From Antedon mediterranea (Eukaryota; Animalia; Echinodermata), in assembly GCF_964355755.1 (NCBI RefSeq), contig NC_092671.1:2542001-2606000 (forward strand): a stretch of DNA of 64,000 nucleotides, written 5' to 3'. The stretch's first letter is position 1. Each line of letters begins with the position of its first letter. The notes under the pieces are model-generated. The model had not been told where the DNA came from. It did not search any database and saw only the letters and a list, made by a program, of their open reading frames with translations. Of the stretch, positions 8,524 through 21,875 are shown piece after piece. A program made the translations under genes and the position numbers.

Positions 8524-11415
8524 GAAACAGGTTCACAGAGCTCTTAAACAAGGCCTTGGCACATAAAGGTGTTGTGGTCGTGGAAAGTTCACTGGTAAAT
8601 CAAATGCGTTTATGATTTCTTGTGTCATTAAACATCTGTGCAATATACATAAAAACATAACTTGTGTTAAACTGTGAAACTCACACCTGCCATTGTTCAA
8701 CATAATTAAATTTTGTTATTAAACTATATAAGTATATGTGGAACAATAAAATAATTATGTTTGTTTGTTTATTTTCTACACAAAATACAATGACTTTTAT
8801 GTTAAAATACAATTTGTTTTTGTGAAATTATATGTGTGTTAACAGATGGCATCAGCTAAACGTTACAATTTGACAATAACAGAAATGTTGGCTTAAATGG
8901 TACTCCAACCAAATATTGGCCCAACATGATATCAGATATTGACAATGATATCACTAGATCAACAAACTTAAATTTATTAATCTTAAAATTAGTTTTTAAT
9001 TGGTACACACACTATTAATTTGGTTAAATCTGATTTAAATAATGTAATTAGATAATTTATTTATTTAAACAGGAATAAGGTCAAGGGTTTGACAATCAAA
9101 ATATCAGTAGCACACCTGACCTTATAATTGATTCATTAATAGCCATCAGCATTTAATTAATATTCATAAATATCTAGTGTCACAGCCATCTTTCCACCGT
9201 TGTAACATTTCAACGTTCTTGCTTTGTCGGCAAGCTCATATTGATCCATCGTTTATAAAAGCCAATGAAAATATTTTGCTTTAATTTGGTCAGAAGGGAT
9301 TTAACATGCTTATGAATAAACACAATAGTTGTTGATTTTGTTTTCTCGGAAGGCATTTATGTACAATGTTATGAACACACACAACAGCTAAATGTCGATT
9401 TTGTGATGAATATATACAATATACAACACCCAAATGTTGATTTCGTCATGAATTAACACAATAGCTGTTAATTTTCTGAAACCTATTAGGAGTATGGGTA
9501 ACAATATTAGGTCAACTATTTTCTTTGACCTCTCTGTGACCTGAATGAATAACATAATAAGAAATTGGTCTAGAATTAGAAAGTTAGATTTCTATGTTCC
9601 TGAGTACAAATGGTTTACTGATTAGATTACTGTAGGAAAAAACTGACTTAACTACTGTTACTAAAAAAAGTAAAGAAAGTAAAATATTATAGAGGGCAGT
9701 ACACTTGATAAATTCATACTCTGAATGAAGAAAGTAAGGATGTGTATAAAATAATAATCAAATTTAAAAATATGAAAATCTGCCAAAAACAAGCTATCCG
9801 AAGGACAAACAAACAAACAATGAAATGTCGAGATGATGAATGGTTGAGTTAGGCCTATGTGGTTTAAAAATGCCGAAAAAAGATCGTAAATATACCAAAT
9901 GCAATTGATGTGATGCTATTAAAGTTTCTATCGCAATATAATGCAAAATCTTGTGTAAATTGTGATATGAACCTGGTGAATCCTGGACCGCGCTGAATTT
10001 CGGTGGATCATTAGCGCAAGTTAACCCTCCAAATAAATTACAATGCAATTTCCGGGGCCTACACGTACATATTCTTATAAATGTTTTTACCAAGACAAAA
10101 CCATGGTGGTGCTATTTTATTATGTTGGTCCAGATGGGTAGTTGGGCCGCGGTTTTGTCCCGGGAACCAAAATAAAAAGCGGATCGCTGATCTAAAATAT
10201 ATTCTGTAAAGCAGACTTTCAGGTTGGCCACTACATGTGGCTTTAGAGTAATAACGCTGAGAGTAATATATGATAATATTTTTATTTCTCAGGTGAATGA
10301 ATCTCACAAAAAGCATACTCACTCAAACGTGCATTTACCTACAATAACATGTGACAGTACTACAAATGATTTGTAAAGTAGACAATCAAGAAGTCTTATT
10401 ATCTCTATTGGTTCACAAAGCATTGGCATTGACCTATTTACCATCAAACCTCTTTCATTTTATGTATCCTTCAACTTCAATATTGACAAATCTACAATGT
10501 TGTCGGATGTTAATGAATACTAGTTTTAATTGATGATGATTATAGCTATGTTGTTTATTTATTAAAACACTCTGTATATAAATAGATTTTATGCATACGA
10601 AGACTGACTGTTTGACGTGATTGGTAAAAACTTCTGACATTTTATATTTACTAATTTTATTTAATTTTTATTGATGAATTTTATATCAAGACTATATTGC
10701 AATCAAGTTGACAGATCATTAGGAAATATAGAAATTTTGGCACTGGGAATGTTAGATGAAGATGAGTAATTCAATTAAAATCCCACGGGATAAGGTCAAG
10801 GGTAACTAAAAAAAGGTACAACATTTATCTGTCGCCACAGATTTGATATCTGTATTGTTATGTAAACAGTCCAGCTGGGATTCTGATGAAGTATCAATGC
10901 TATTTCTACGAATGATTATTACCTCATAATTGTAGTATTTTGCTGAGTAAATGCCCATTGAAGAAGTTTATAGTATGTCCCTGGTGATCTTAATGCTAAA
11001 TATAACAATTCATAACCCAGAAGATTAATAATAAAGAGAGACAGAGAGATTCATATTATTAAATCCAACACCCTGAATATATATACTGATTCTGTGTTTT
11101 CAAATTTGAGTTGATTAAAAAGTTTTAGCTTTTATTTCTCTCCATTAAAATTTGTTTAATAAAAAAAAAAACACAAGCGAACAAGAACTTTCTGATTGCA
11201 TAAGAATATTTAAAAAATGGACCATAAAACACAGACATGGTTGGACATGACTTCAAACTAATGTATCTGATTAGAGGATTGAATTTGAACCCAGATATTG
11301 TCCTACTTTTTAATTACATTTTGTATATAAAAATAGAAAACAGACTTCTTAATTTTTCTATATTTATTCTCAAAACAAATTATAAATGATGAGAGGAAAC
11401 TAAATATAAATTAAA

Positions 11416-12633
11416 CTAGATTTGAACTCGTCACTACGGACGAGTTAGGTTATCCGCAGTGCAAAAGCCACGTGCACGTCATACGTTAGAATAGTGCGCG
11501 CAAAAAAATAAAACGATTATGGCATTGAAAAATGTTAGTGCGCTCTCTATGTTGCGTCGCGTCTAAGTATATACGGTATAACACTATATACTGTATACGT
11601 ACTACATACAGTGCAGAATAGTTGAAAATAAGTGACCAAAGTTATTGACGCATTTGAACATGATGACGTCATCATAATTTTTAAAATGGTGGATCATGCG
11701 AAAGGTAATTGATTGATCTAGACAATATAAAAAAATTGAGTGAAATGGAATAAGGATAAGTAGAGATGCGCTCTATTAAATTAACGAGCTATGACGAAAG
11801 AGAAAAAAATCCTATATTTTATATTCGGGTGGCCATACGATGACGTCACAATGTCTGGTTAGCCATATCAATGCATGATTCAAGAAAAACAACTCATCTA
11901 CTTCCAGAATCTGAAATTTTAAATATTTTCACCTCGGAGTTTAGAATCTATGACTTTTTAAAAAAAGGCATAATTTTCACAAATTTTTGAACTTTTTCAT
12001 CAAAAACGCGCACAAATTGTTCAATTCTACGTGCTCGTATGACGTGATTTTAAGTCGAAATTGATTGAAAATTGGTAAATGTACTAGAAAAAGCTGAAAA
12101 AACAAAAATCAAGCAAAAAAAAGATGTTTTTGCGCTACGTGCGCACGCGCGCGTAAAAAATATGCGCACGCGTGGGAATTTTTGAAATGCTCAAAATGAC
12201 CTGAAACGCGTAGAAAGTTGATTAGAAATGAATTTTTCGCAATTTGAAATTTTAAACGCGCGTGCGCGCGTAACTTTATGTCAAACATGCCATTTTTAAT
12301 CCATAGAAAGTTTGCCCTTGATATGACTTAAATGTTCACCAAGTGTCATTACAAAATGACTTTTGCTTTTTAGTCTATGTTAAATACGCGAAATTCATAA
12401 AATCGTGCGTAGCTTACGCTGCGAGACTCTAAAGTAAAAAAACGAGCTGTCCTGCACTTCTACAGATAGAGGTAAATCTTCTGACAAAGTTATACGATGT
12501 AATGTTGATCAGAATTTGAGATACACGTGACACAAAATTTTGGGAAAGAAAGAAGAATAACATAGAAAAAAAAAAAAAAAAAAAAGATCCTGACAATAAC
12601 AAGAGGTTATCCGCCAAGAGCGGATAACCAATT
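11416..12633 (-). mobile_element. Non-autonomous Helentron/Helitron2-type element (HINE/DINE-1-like), copy 1
   Basis: Left end has CTAG, hairpin aactcgtc/gacgagtt (11425-11446) and subTIR ggttatccgc (11448-11457). Right end has ggttatccgc-caaga-gcggataacc (12605-12629). No TSD, A/T-run flanks, CpG-rich body homologous to 31977-33570. Confidence 0.85.
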
Positions 12634-13287
12634 AAATAAATTGCACGCAATATCAAATTATAAATTTTTGAGAAAATTAGTTAATTTATTTATTACATTT
12701 ATTTATGGTACAATATTAATTACACTGACTTGTACTGATCTACATGAAAATACATGTTACGTACACCCTGTGGGTAAGTTTAACCTCTATGAAAGATTTA
12801 TTTAGGCAACTCAAAATGTGTCAATCACTCACTGATTAGACAGATTAATGCGTAAGGCCAAATAAAAACATTTTTTTTATTTTTTTTACTAATACTGTAG
12901 CTATTTTTCAGTAAAAAAATTTGAAAAAAATGAATGAATACATTTTCTATTAAAATTGTATTCAATATCGTAATAATTTAAAAAATGAGAAGACAAATTT
13001 GTACAGTTCTTACAAACGGAACACAATGTGGGAAGAAAAAATAATATATACATAGACATCATAATATCTACAACTTTTTTTACAATATATTGTGTTGTAT
13101 TTTAGTTAAGTTAAGTTAACGATATCTTATAATATAGGAAAATGCCCGATGTAAAAATCCCAGCTCTACAATCTGAATTCAATTAAGTTATCTAGACAAT
13201 TTATAATGTTTGTCCAATAAACAACTGATTTCAAAAACTTTTTTGATATGAACTCAACTATTATGAAACTATTTAAATGTTTATTTA

Positions 13288-13556
13288 AGCCTGGTTTCCA
13301 TAAAATCGCTACACGACAGAGCGTAGCGATTCTATGGAAACGCTAGAATTTATCAGAGATCTAGTACGCGAGTGCTAAATATTCTTTGGTACGCGTATGC
13401 GATTCTTCGCCGACACAATCGGCAAATTTCAACCATGTTCAACTTTGCCGATTGTGACTGCGATGAATCGGGGAGCCTTCCCGATTGTGTCGGCGACATC
13501 TGCGCGTGTAGCGATTTTAATGGAAACGCTGTAGCGATTTTAATGGAAACCAGGCT
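13288..13556. mobile_element. PIF/Harbinger MITE, 269 bp, TTA TSD
   Basis: TTA|AGCCTGGTTTCCAT ... ATGGAAACCAGGCT|TTA, with extensive internal palindromy. Confidence 0.9.
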
Positions 13557-13559
13557 TTA

Positions 13560-13684
13560 GAGGACACCCCTATTAAGGGAAAATACAGTGAAACCCCTGA
13601 CTAAACCAACTCTTAGTGTCCCTTATTTATCTCATTGGAAAGTACTTAAGTCCCGAAGCTCTACGATTAATAGGTGTTGTACTG
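13560..13684. mobile_element. pogo/Tigger-like MITE remnant
   Basis: aggacacccctattaaggg subrepeat; TA|CAGTG at 13584 and ACTG|TA at 13681. Confidence 0.55.
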
Positions 13685-15103
13685 TATTATACTAGAGAAA
13701 CTGAAGTAGAATATTAGGAAAAAAAACTCAATAATGAATACAATATACAGTGAAAAGCAACATCAAATAAAGGGCACTGCAGATTAAACACTTCACATTG
13801 AATAATTGCACAATAGGTCTATTAAATGTTAAAGGTAAACAATTTTACAGCAACGTTCAAGAATAAATGGGAAAGTCACCATAATTGTAATAAAATAACT
13901 AGTTAAAGCTAACATAAGTTTAGTTAATGTTCAGTGCTAGTTCCACAAAGGTTTTATCGACAACTAGTTAGTTACTAGTTCTATGAAAATCTATTTATTT
14001 TTCATGTTAATTACTATTGTATTAGGCCTATTTTTTCCTCATGATAATGTTATTTTTAGATGTTTATGTTTGGTTAATCTGTATAATTTGCATTGTTCAT
14101 ACGGTACTATTGAAACATAAGTATATGTACACTTATTATTTTCAAACTATAATTGTTTTATCTTCAAATGTTTAATATTTTGGTGAATATTACAATTAAT
14201 AATACTTTAATTAGAAATATGTAATTGTTGTATAAATTTAGTTAAACATATTTGCAACTGTACAGTATTACATTTTAAAATTTTCAAGAAAATGAGTAAG
14301 AGAGGTATACATGATGAAATAAATGTCGTAGGTCACATGCCCAGAAAAGTACATAATAGCCATAGAAAGTACATACGCATGTTTCAAGAATGTTAAACAT
14401 TAAAGAAGCATTTAATGTAGGCCATAGACATGGATCTACCTGCATAGTAATCGGCCTAATTCTGTTGGTAGACCCACTTTCTCTCCACTTTCCATACCCA
14501 TGGGCTCAAAACGTAACTGCTTGGGTGGGCTAAGTTACGCATGATTGACAGTATCTAATTGAAATTATTATTATTAGAAAAACGTTTAACTAATTGTCAT
14601 TTCTGCGATAAGTTAAACCGAGGAATTAAGCAGAAACTAATATTTGGAATTCCATTTTGACTCCTTGAGTAGAGTAAATAATGTTTGTTCACGTTATGGG
14701 GTATTGTGGAACCAACCTGTATGGAACATCTAACAAAAACATTCTAATTTATTTGATCCAGTTACTGATTTCAGAATTAATAAAAGACTGCGAGTCTTTT
14801 ATTCTATTTTTAAAATTAAATTAAAGTTGGTATTTCAAATCAATTATATAAGTATCATCTTCTAATATTTTTTTTCTTTGTAAGGTTAATTCAGTCCAAT
14901 TTAATTTTTACATAAATATTTTACTATAAAAACAATAAATTAAATCATTTTACGGTACAATTAAAATATGTATTTTTGTGATTATCAGTAATTTACAGTA
15001 GGTTTATATACACAAAAAGCATAATTAATAATACAGTAATAATGGCCTATACTTATCTAAGCTTAGACACACTACAGTAATTGTGTTGTACTAGTTTTAG
15101 CTA

Positions 15104-15175
15104 GCCCCAGTTGTCTAATGGTTAGGACATTTGCATATCAAGCAGAAGGTTCCGGGTTCGAGTCTCGGTTGGGGA
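15104..15175 (+). tRNA. tRNA-like sequence (anticodon ATC, Asp-like); probably a pseudo-tRNA or SINE head
   Basis: GCCCCAG-TT-GTCTAATGGTTAGGAC-A-TTTGC-ATATCAA-GCAGA-AGGTT-CCGGG-TTCGAGT-CTCGG-TTGGGGA forms a cloverleaf with a 1-72 mismatch, several G-U pairs and a non-canonical anticodon loop. Confidence 0.6.
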
Positions 15176-15862
15176 AAATTTGTCTCATTCTTACAGATTT
15201 CCTCATCTTTATCGTTTTAAATTAATTAATATTCTAAAATTAATTTTCTATGCCTGATGTGTGTATAATATTAATTATAGATATACAGATTTGTTGTGGG
15301 TTGCATTCATCAATTTATTCCTAAGTTGACTAGTTTCCAAAATGCATGTATCAATGTTAATATAACATGCCCTTTAATATTAATTATAAATAAATGCCAG
15401 TACATTCATTACTGCACAACACAACAATTTAATGGACCTCTATTTACTTACTACAATACAGATAGTTATAATATGTACTGTATGGCATCAATTAATGACA
15501 TATGGTGATATGGCCTAAAATATATATATATATGCAGATATTGTACATTACTACAAAACACAATTATAATGTACCATAAGTTCTGATGTAGACTAGTTAG
15601 TATTCGTAGCATCTATATTATATAGATATCAAGTGACATGCTCATAACATTAATTGTGACATTCCAGTTGTATTCACTGTATAGAACACAGATAAACAAA
15701 ATGTACCTTTAAGTTCATAGACTAATTAAGTAGTATGCATAGAATAGACAAACAAACAAGTATGCATAGCATCTACAGTATATCAGTAACAGAGAGATGT
15801 GCCCTACAATACTAATTATAAATAAATTACTGTGGGGTTATATAACAAAAACATTATTTTAC

Positions 15863-15943
15863 CTTTGATGAAACATTTTCAAATAATGTTTGTGATCCAA
15901 GCCAAAACTCTACAAACACATCATCCGCATCAATAAAATCCAT
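15863..15943 (-). CDS. Candidate alternative first coding exon of tensin (proximal)
   Basis: ATG in good context (aacatcATGG), 27 open codons MDFIDADDVFVEFWLGSQTLFENVSSK, AAG|gtaaaa donor in phase 0 compatible with the C1 exon. Confidence 0.55.
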
Positions 15944-17713
15944 GATGTTAAAATTCCAAAGCTAAATACTTTCATTTGATGTAGTAATACTAAAGCTATT
16001 TATGGAGAGCACATGCTTTCATTCTCAGCTATACTACTTCTACTACCGTCACTCAATTGTGTAAGTACTTTGATGAATTATAAAACAAATCTTGAAGCAT
16101 AGTTTGTTACGGTATTATGCACTTCTTTTGTCAGACACTTTACTTAAGTTCTTGCGGTAATACACACACAAGGTCGTAGTCTACGACACATATCCCCCAC
16201 AAACACAAATGTCAGCTATCAACATGGCATATAAATTATTTTTAATAGCACACCATTTAAATTTCCTGAATACATTAAGTAATTTAAACGTGGTTAAACC
16301 AATCAGTGGCCTTCTCAGATGTAATTCAAGCAGTATGCTCTAACCTGTTAAATTGTACTTTCAGAAAGCGACCTGAGGTTTAGAAATTTATTAGTCGGAA
16401 ATAATTGTTAAATATGATTATTGTAAAAATAATATAAATATAATAAGAATGATTCATAATCTAATGAAACGGATTAAAAAATGTGTATGAATAATTTATT
16501 TAAAGAACACCTCATTTATAAAGGCTAAATTTAAAATAGAGTTATAGCAAACCGAACCAAGCACTCTAAGCATGTCAAACACCAAGCAACTGTGCCACAA
16601 TCTGTTATAATCTATTATAATTATTATTATGATTATATTTTGATTTCAATAATATAACTTAATCTTTAAAACTCTAAAATAATTATTTCAGTTAGTTTAA
16701 CTTATTTCAATTTCATTGTTATCATTTTTAATGTATCTGATAATTGATACTGAATAAACTCTAACTACTAAAATCAATAAATTATGATAAATGAAGTAGA
16801 ACATTATCTGTAAATCGGAAAAATAAACTGCATAAGTGTACACAAAATTGTACAGGTTAATTACAACTATCACATTATATAAAAAACATTCACACGCAAA
16901 GCTAGATATTAAAATTATCAAACAGGAAACTAAAGAGAAGAACTATCAGAATGGTAGGTCTAACATTTGATAAATAATTAAATTTGGAATCATTATACTT
17001 TAGTTTGCTTATAAGGCTGGGTAAGCAAGTTGTAAAGCTATTCAGTTGAGTAAACACTCCAAGTCCCCAACAACAGACATACATTGATTTACCTGCTGGG
17101 AAAGTGTTACAAACAATTGGACAATCTTTTGTACCGAGGGTTTTCAACTTTCATAGAATTTCTTGTTTAACATACATGTACTCGTTATGAAATGCCTCCT
17201 TTTAACGCCATAGTTTAAGTTCTAACAGCTTGATACTGTAGTAGTCAGTATTTTAAATTATTTTGGTTGTAAGATAATAGAATTGAAAGAAATTGAAAGA
17301 ACAAAACCTCAAATATGTTAATAAATAGAAACTCCCACTTTGATTATGAATGAATGAATAATACTTTTACATTCTAAGCTCTAGTAAATTTTGAACTTTC
17401 GACAAATTAACCACTTAGTTTAACCCAGTGCTTTAAAGTAGAGATACGCCCTGTGGTTGACAATTCATTGTCATCCATGGCCAGCCCATTGAAAGTATGT
17501 ATAGACACTATTGTGGTTCTTTCATTCAAATAAGTGGGAACCCACAACTATATGAATAATAACAGGCACTACAAGTTTAATATTATGCAATATAATTATA
17601 TTGATTACTATATGAACTTAAATATGATAGAAATCATAGCCCTTTCACGTCACCTAACAAGACTCCAGAGTTTACACACATCAGCGTTCTGTATGGTGTG
17701 CTTCTTGGTGTGT

Positions 17714-17810
17714 CTCTGTCTACACTATCAAACTTTATGTGACAACAAAATGTGATGATGTCATATCACTACCATATTTGGGCACATCACACTAGTTTGA
17801 TTGTGCAGCT
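17714..17810. mobile_element. Internally deleted copy of the 46346 PIF-type MITE
   Basis: ctctgtctacactatcaaactttatgtgacaa...gatgtcatatcactaccatatttgggcacatcacactagtttgat. Confidence 0.8.
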
Positions 17811-19034
17811 TAACTCTAGAGATTTTCTAGGTGATATGAATGGGCTGATGCCTTCTGTTTGTAACATTCTTTGCGCAAGACAGTAAACATATTAAAAGTA
17901 ATCATTGATTGTTTACGCCATTTTTTTTTCTCCAAATTGGTAGACAATACACTTTCACATCCTGTATGTTGCAAACAGCTTTTTAAAACAACATTACAAT
18001 AGTTACTTGAAGGCCAAAAGAAAGTTGAAGGATTATTGTATTTACAAATCCAACTTGAGATGAGATGAATTCATCAAGGACAACAATAAACATATTTCAT
18101 AACAATAATGAACACGTTGCCAAAATAATAGACTTTGAATGACAATAGGACAATGGGACAGAATGTCTTGCACAAAAAAATACAAAAAGTTGCTGAAGTG
18201 CTGAAAAGTGTATGTTACAAAAATTTCTTTAGGATAAAGGCCTACCATAGCAAGAAATTTAACAGGGGTTTAATACCTTTTCCACAAAGTGTCACTCTTT
18301 CCAAAAAAAAAGGCAAACAGCTAGGCTAGTGATAAGATAGGCTAGTTAAGCATATTTATCATCACTTTTGCTAATGTTTGTATAATGTGTAGTTTTTTCA
18401 ACCTTTTGCTGGACTGCTGTATCCATAGATACAGTATATTTGTATTTTTTTATGTTACATTTTATTCTCTGTACATGTTTAAATTATTGTAGTTGTATTT
18501 TCCATCAGGATAGATAAAAAACTATATTTGACCAGACAATTTGATACAATGTTGGTTTATTTTTCATTCAACATTACTATCTACTATCTAATAGCATAGA
18601 TTCAAAGTTGTTTGAATATAAAAAAAAGTTATACAACCATAGAGGGCTCACTTCACAAATTTTGTTTGCTATGGTAGTATTTGTATGGTTCTGTTTTATC
18701 ATACAAAATATAAACAGTTGGCCTCTTAATGGCTCCAGTCAGGATTGGAAAAATTAATAAAATGCCCAGGGTCGATTTATCAAGGTCTAAACAATTTCCC
18801 ACATAAAAAATTATGTTTTAAATTTTTAGGCCTATTCTTAGATTTTGGAAATGAGCCTAATTTAAATTTATACCTGAGGGCCATACAGCTCAATATTAGT
18901 ATTGTTTGTAGGAGAAACTCTGTTAATTTTTATAATGATGTAATGTAAAATAACAAAAAACAAATACTTTTATTGTTATTTTAATAGCTTATTGTTCAAA
19001 TTTCTGACACATTGTGATAAAAGTTTCATTTAAC

Positions 19035-19142
19035 TGACAAAAAATGTGATGTGCCCATATCTTGGCATGATAATGCCATATCACTACCATATTTAAGCAT
19101 ATCCCTACCATATTTGGGCAATTAACCTTTTTTTTGTCAAAC
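19035..19142. mobile_element. Degenerate copy of the 46346 PIF-type MITE
   Basis: tgacaaaaaatgtgatgtgcccatat...catatcactaccatattt...ctaccatatttgggca. Confidence 0.7.
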
Positions 19143-21529
19143 AATGTGAGCAACCACAATTTATTCCATAAAAATCAGCAAAGAAAAAGCATTTTGAATT
19201 TTATTTCTCATGGCTACATCACTGTATCTGGGAATAAATCGTGGTGTCCTCCAATTGTATTGGTGAAATCGACACAATGTAGCAGTGTAAACGATTTAAT
19301 GAAAACCATTTAGAGGGCGTTTGTCCATTTTCAGTTTATATTCTCCTTTGAATCATGTAAAATGCAGGGAAACAGGGAATTTCAATCTTCCCTTTACATA
19401 CAGTATGTAACATATTACATAGTAGATAACATTAATTGACTATGTTTTGTTAGGGATTAAAAATGTACCCACAGTAGGCCTACTACATTTATACATTCAG
19501 TCAAATTAATCGCACCAATACATTAAACACAAGTTTCTTCAACATATTCTCAATATACTTCAAAATTAATAATTGGTATTTTGTCTAATTAAATCAATCA
19601 ATTAAAGAATTGCGTGATAGATTTATCCTAAATTATCGTGCTTAGCCTCTGGTACCCCGCTTCCTCATAGCGGCATTAACAGACGAAAATAATTAATTGT
19701 TAGTTGCAATCGTTCTATTTCGGTTAAAATTGCTAACTGGGATGAAAAACCTGTGAATTATATGAAAACTTAATACAATACAGTGAACAGATGTCTAATA
19801 TGTGTAACTGACGCATTTGGCAAGTTATGTATCAAATTTTACAATTTACTTACCAATAATATAATTAAAATTTATTTAATATAATTCATGTTTGGGGACA
19901 ACTTGAGTCATGACTTACTTTTGCCCAAATTAACAATACATTATTATAATTAAATCATACTAAAGCCTTGACATAAACCTACAATATATATAACATAAAT
20001 CAATGGGATATATAACAAATTCAATCAAACATTTGTCAGAGAATGACCTAATTTATCAAAAATATTTTTCTTCGTTTCAAGGTTGTTATGTTATCTTATG
20101 TTTATGAAGATGATTCACATTGATAAATTACTGGCTTATCTGTTATCAAAATTAATGTTTTACTATCAAATCAAACTACTAATGTAACTGGGTATTTGAA
20201 TGTTTCCATGTTATTTATTCCACATTAATGTTACATGAACCAATTTACAAACTGGTTATATCCTATGTAGGCTACCGTCATATTTTATATCCAATTAGTA
20301 AGTTTTTTTTTCATATAGGGTCCTTTATCCGTTTCATATTTTAAATAATAATTATAATAAAACATCTATTGGTTGGTATTTATTAAGAAAATGATATAGC
20401 ACCCTCTATTGGTTGGTCACGATGTGGATATGCAACAGAATGCTAGAATTCGACGTCACACAATTTAAGTAATAATGGTTGTAATTTGATTGGATAATAA
20501 TGCTAAGCTACGTTTTCAAGCAAGGAACTGTAGTGCTTAGGTAACTTTATGCGAGAAGCCTATATTCTAGAATGACGCTAACAAAAAAGGGAATATAGTA
20601 AAAGTATAGCAGTTAATTGTATGTTAAGGAATGATATCCGAATCTTTTAAAACTAAATGAAAATATAGGTTGATTTGCATTAAACTAAATTATATTGGCA
20701 CTGACTCAAGAACGAACAAGAAATTTTAACAAGATTGAGGCATATCTTAAAATAAAGTCAGATATAATACCATAAGGATCTTATTCATTGCAAATCTAAC
20801 AAGGGAAAATACTCGTTGGATATGTAACGCTAAGATAACAGAATAATAACACGGCAAAGACAACAAGACTACGAAACAAAATTGATTAATTCCCAGATCA
20901 TTTAGAAACTTTCTTTCTATATCACGACTGGATTTTGTTGCACTGGTCTATAGATGATGAACAGATTATGTAAATCCGCCAGTCACCCAGACTTTAACAA
21001 TTCTGTATCCCAAGTTCAGCACTAACGATTAATGATTAATGTATGAATTGACGTGATAGATAAGCACGTTTGATTGGTACGATAGAAAAGTTAGAAATTA
21101 GTCAGGAAATCCGTAGGAAGAGGAAGATAGCTATATCCTAGTTTGACCAAAGTGTTTTATATCTATAAACGTGTCCTGTCTAAAGTTACCATTACATGAG
21201 TAATTCACTTACTAATAAGATTTTGATTTTAAACCGATCCCAAATCAATCAAACTTTGAATTCAAAGGAATAAAAATTGATTTGACCATAAGAAAATAAA
21301 TGCCATATTCATAGTTAACATGAGAAGTGCCATCATAGTATATCTCCATTTAAAAAGTACTTTTTAGTGAACTTTTTATTAACAGACTAGGCCCTATAAT
21401 ATTTTTTAAATAACAAACTAACACAAAAGATTATGAATGGACACTATTAATTCATTATTGGAATATCCTTGTTGGAACTGAACCCAGTTGTGCCACACAT
21501 TTCTAAATACTGCTATTCAAGAATAATAC

Positions 21530-21875
21530 TACAATAGGACCTCAGACTCTTTTGAGACAACCCTATTCAGGAGACATTTCTAGGGGAATGCTTCCTCATT
21601 TGCAACGAACAAGGAACACCAAGGCCAGCGGAGTAATGCAGACACCCATGGTTTAGGGATCCTAAGTGGCCTCTGTTGTTTTTAGCCTGTTTCGATAAAT
21701 TTTAATGCCTGTTTTCGTTCTCTCTTTTTCTGCCCCCTTAAGCTCCGGGAGCCCAGGCTTTAGTGAGCGAGCGCTCATAGCTGTTACACCACTGACCAAG
21801 GCCAATCCATGATGCCTATAAAGGTGATACTTTGTTGGGTTCTGAAGGTGTCACCTTAATAGAGGTTCTATGGTA
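21530..21875. mobile_element. pogo/Tigger-like MITE interrupted by a hAT element
   Basis: gacaaccctattcaggagaca and gatactttgttgggttctgaaggtgtcaccttaatagaggttcta motifs shared with other family copies. Confidence 0.6.
21626..21794. mobile_element. Non-autonomous hAT element, 169 bp, 8-bp TSD
   Basis: accaaggc|CAGCGGAGTAA ... TTACACCACTG|accaaggc (TSD at 21618-21625 and 21795-21802; TIRs match 9/11). Confidence 0.85.

Noticed and set aside
13372-13560. Cys-rich 62-aa ORF
   Set aside because: Lies wholly within a palindromic PIF MITE and has a GTG start.
17093-17154. Minus-strand donor CAG|GTAAAT as another tensin first exon
   Set aside because: No ATG in the phase-0 frame before an in-frame stop.
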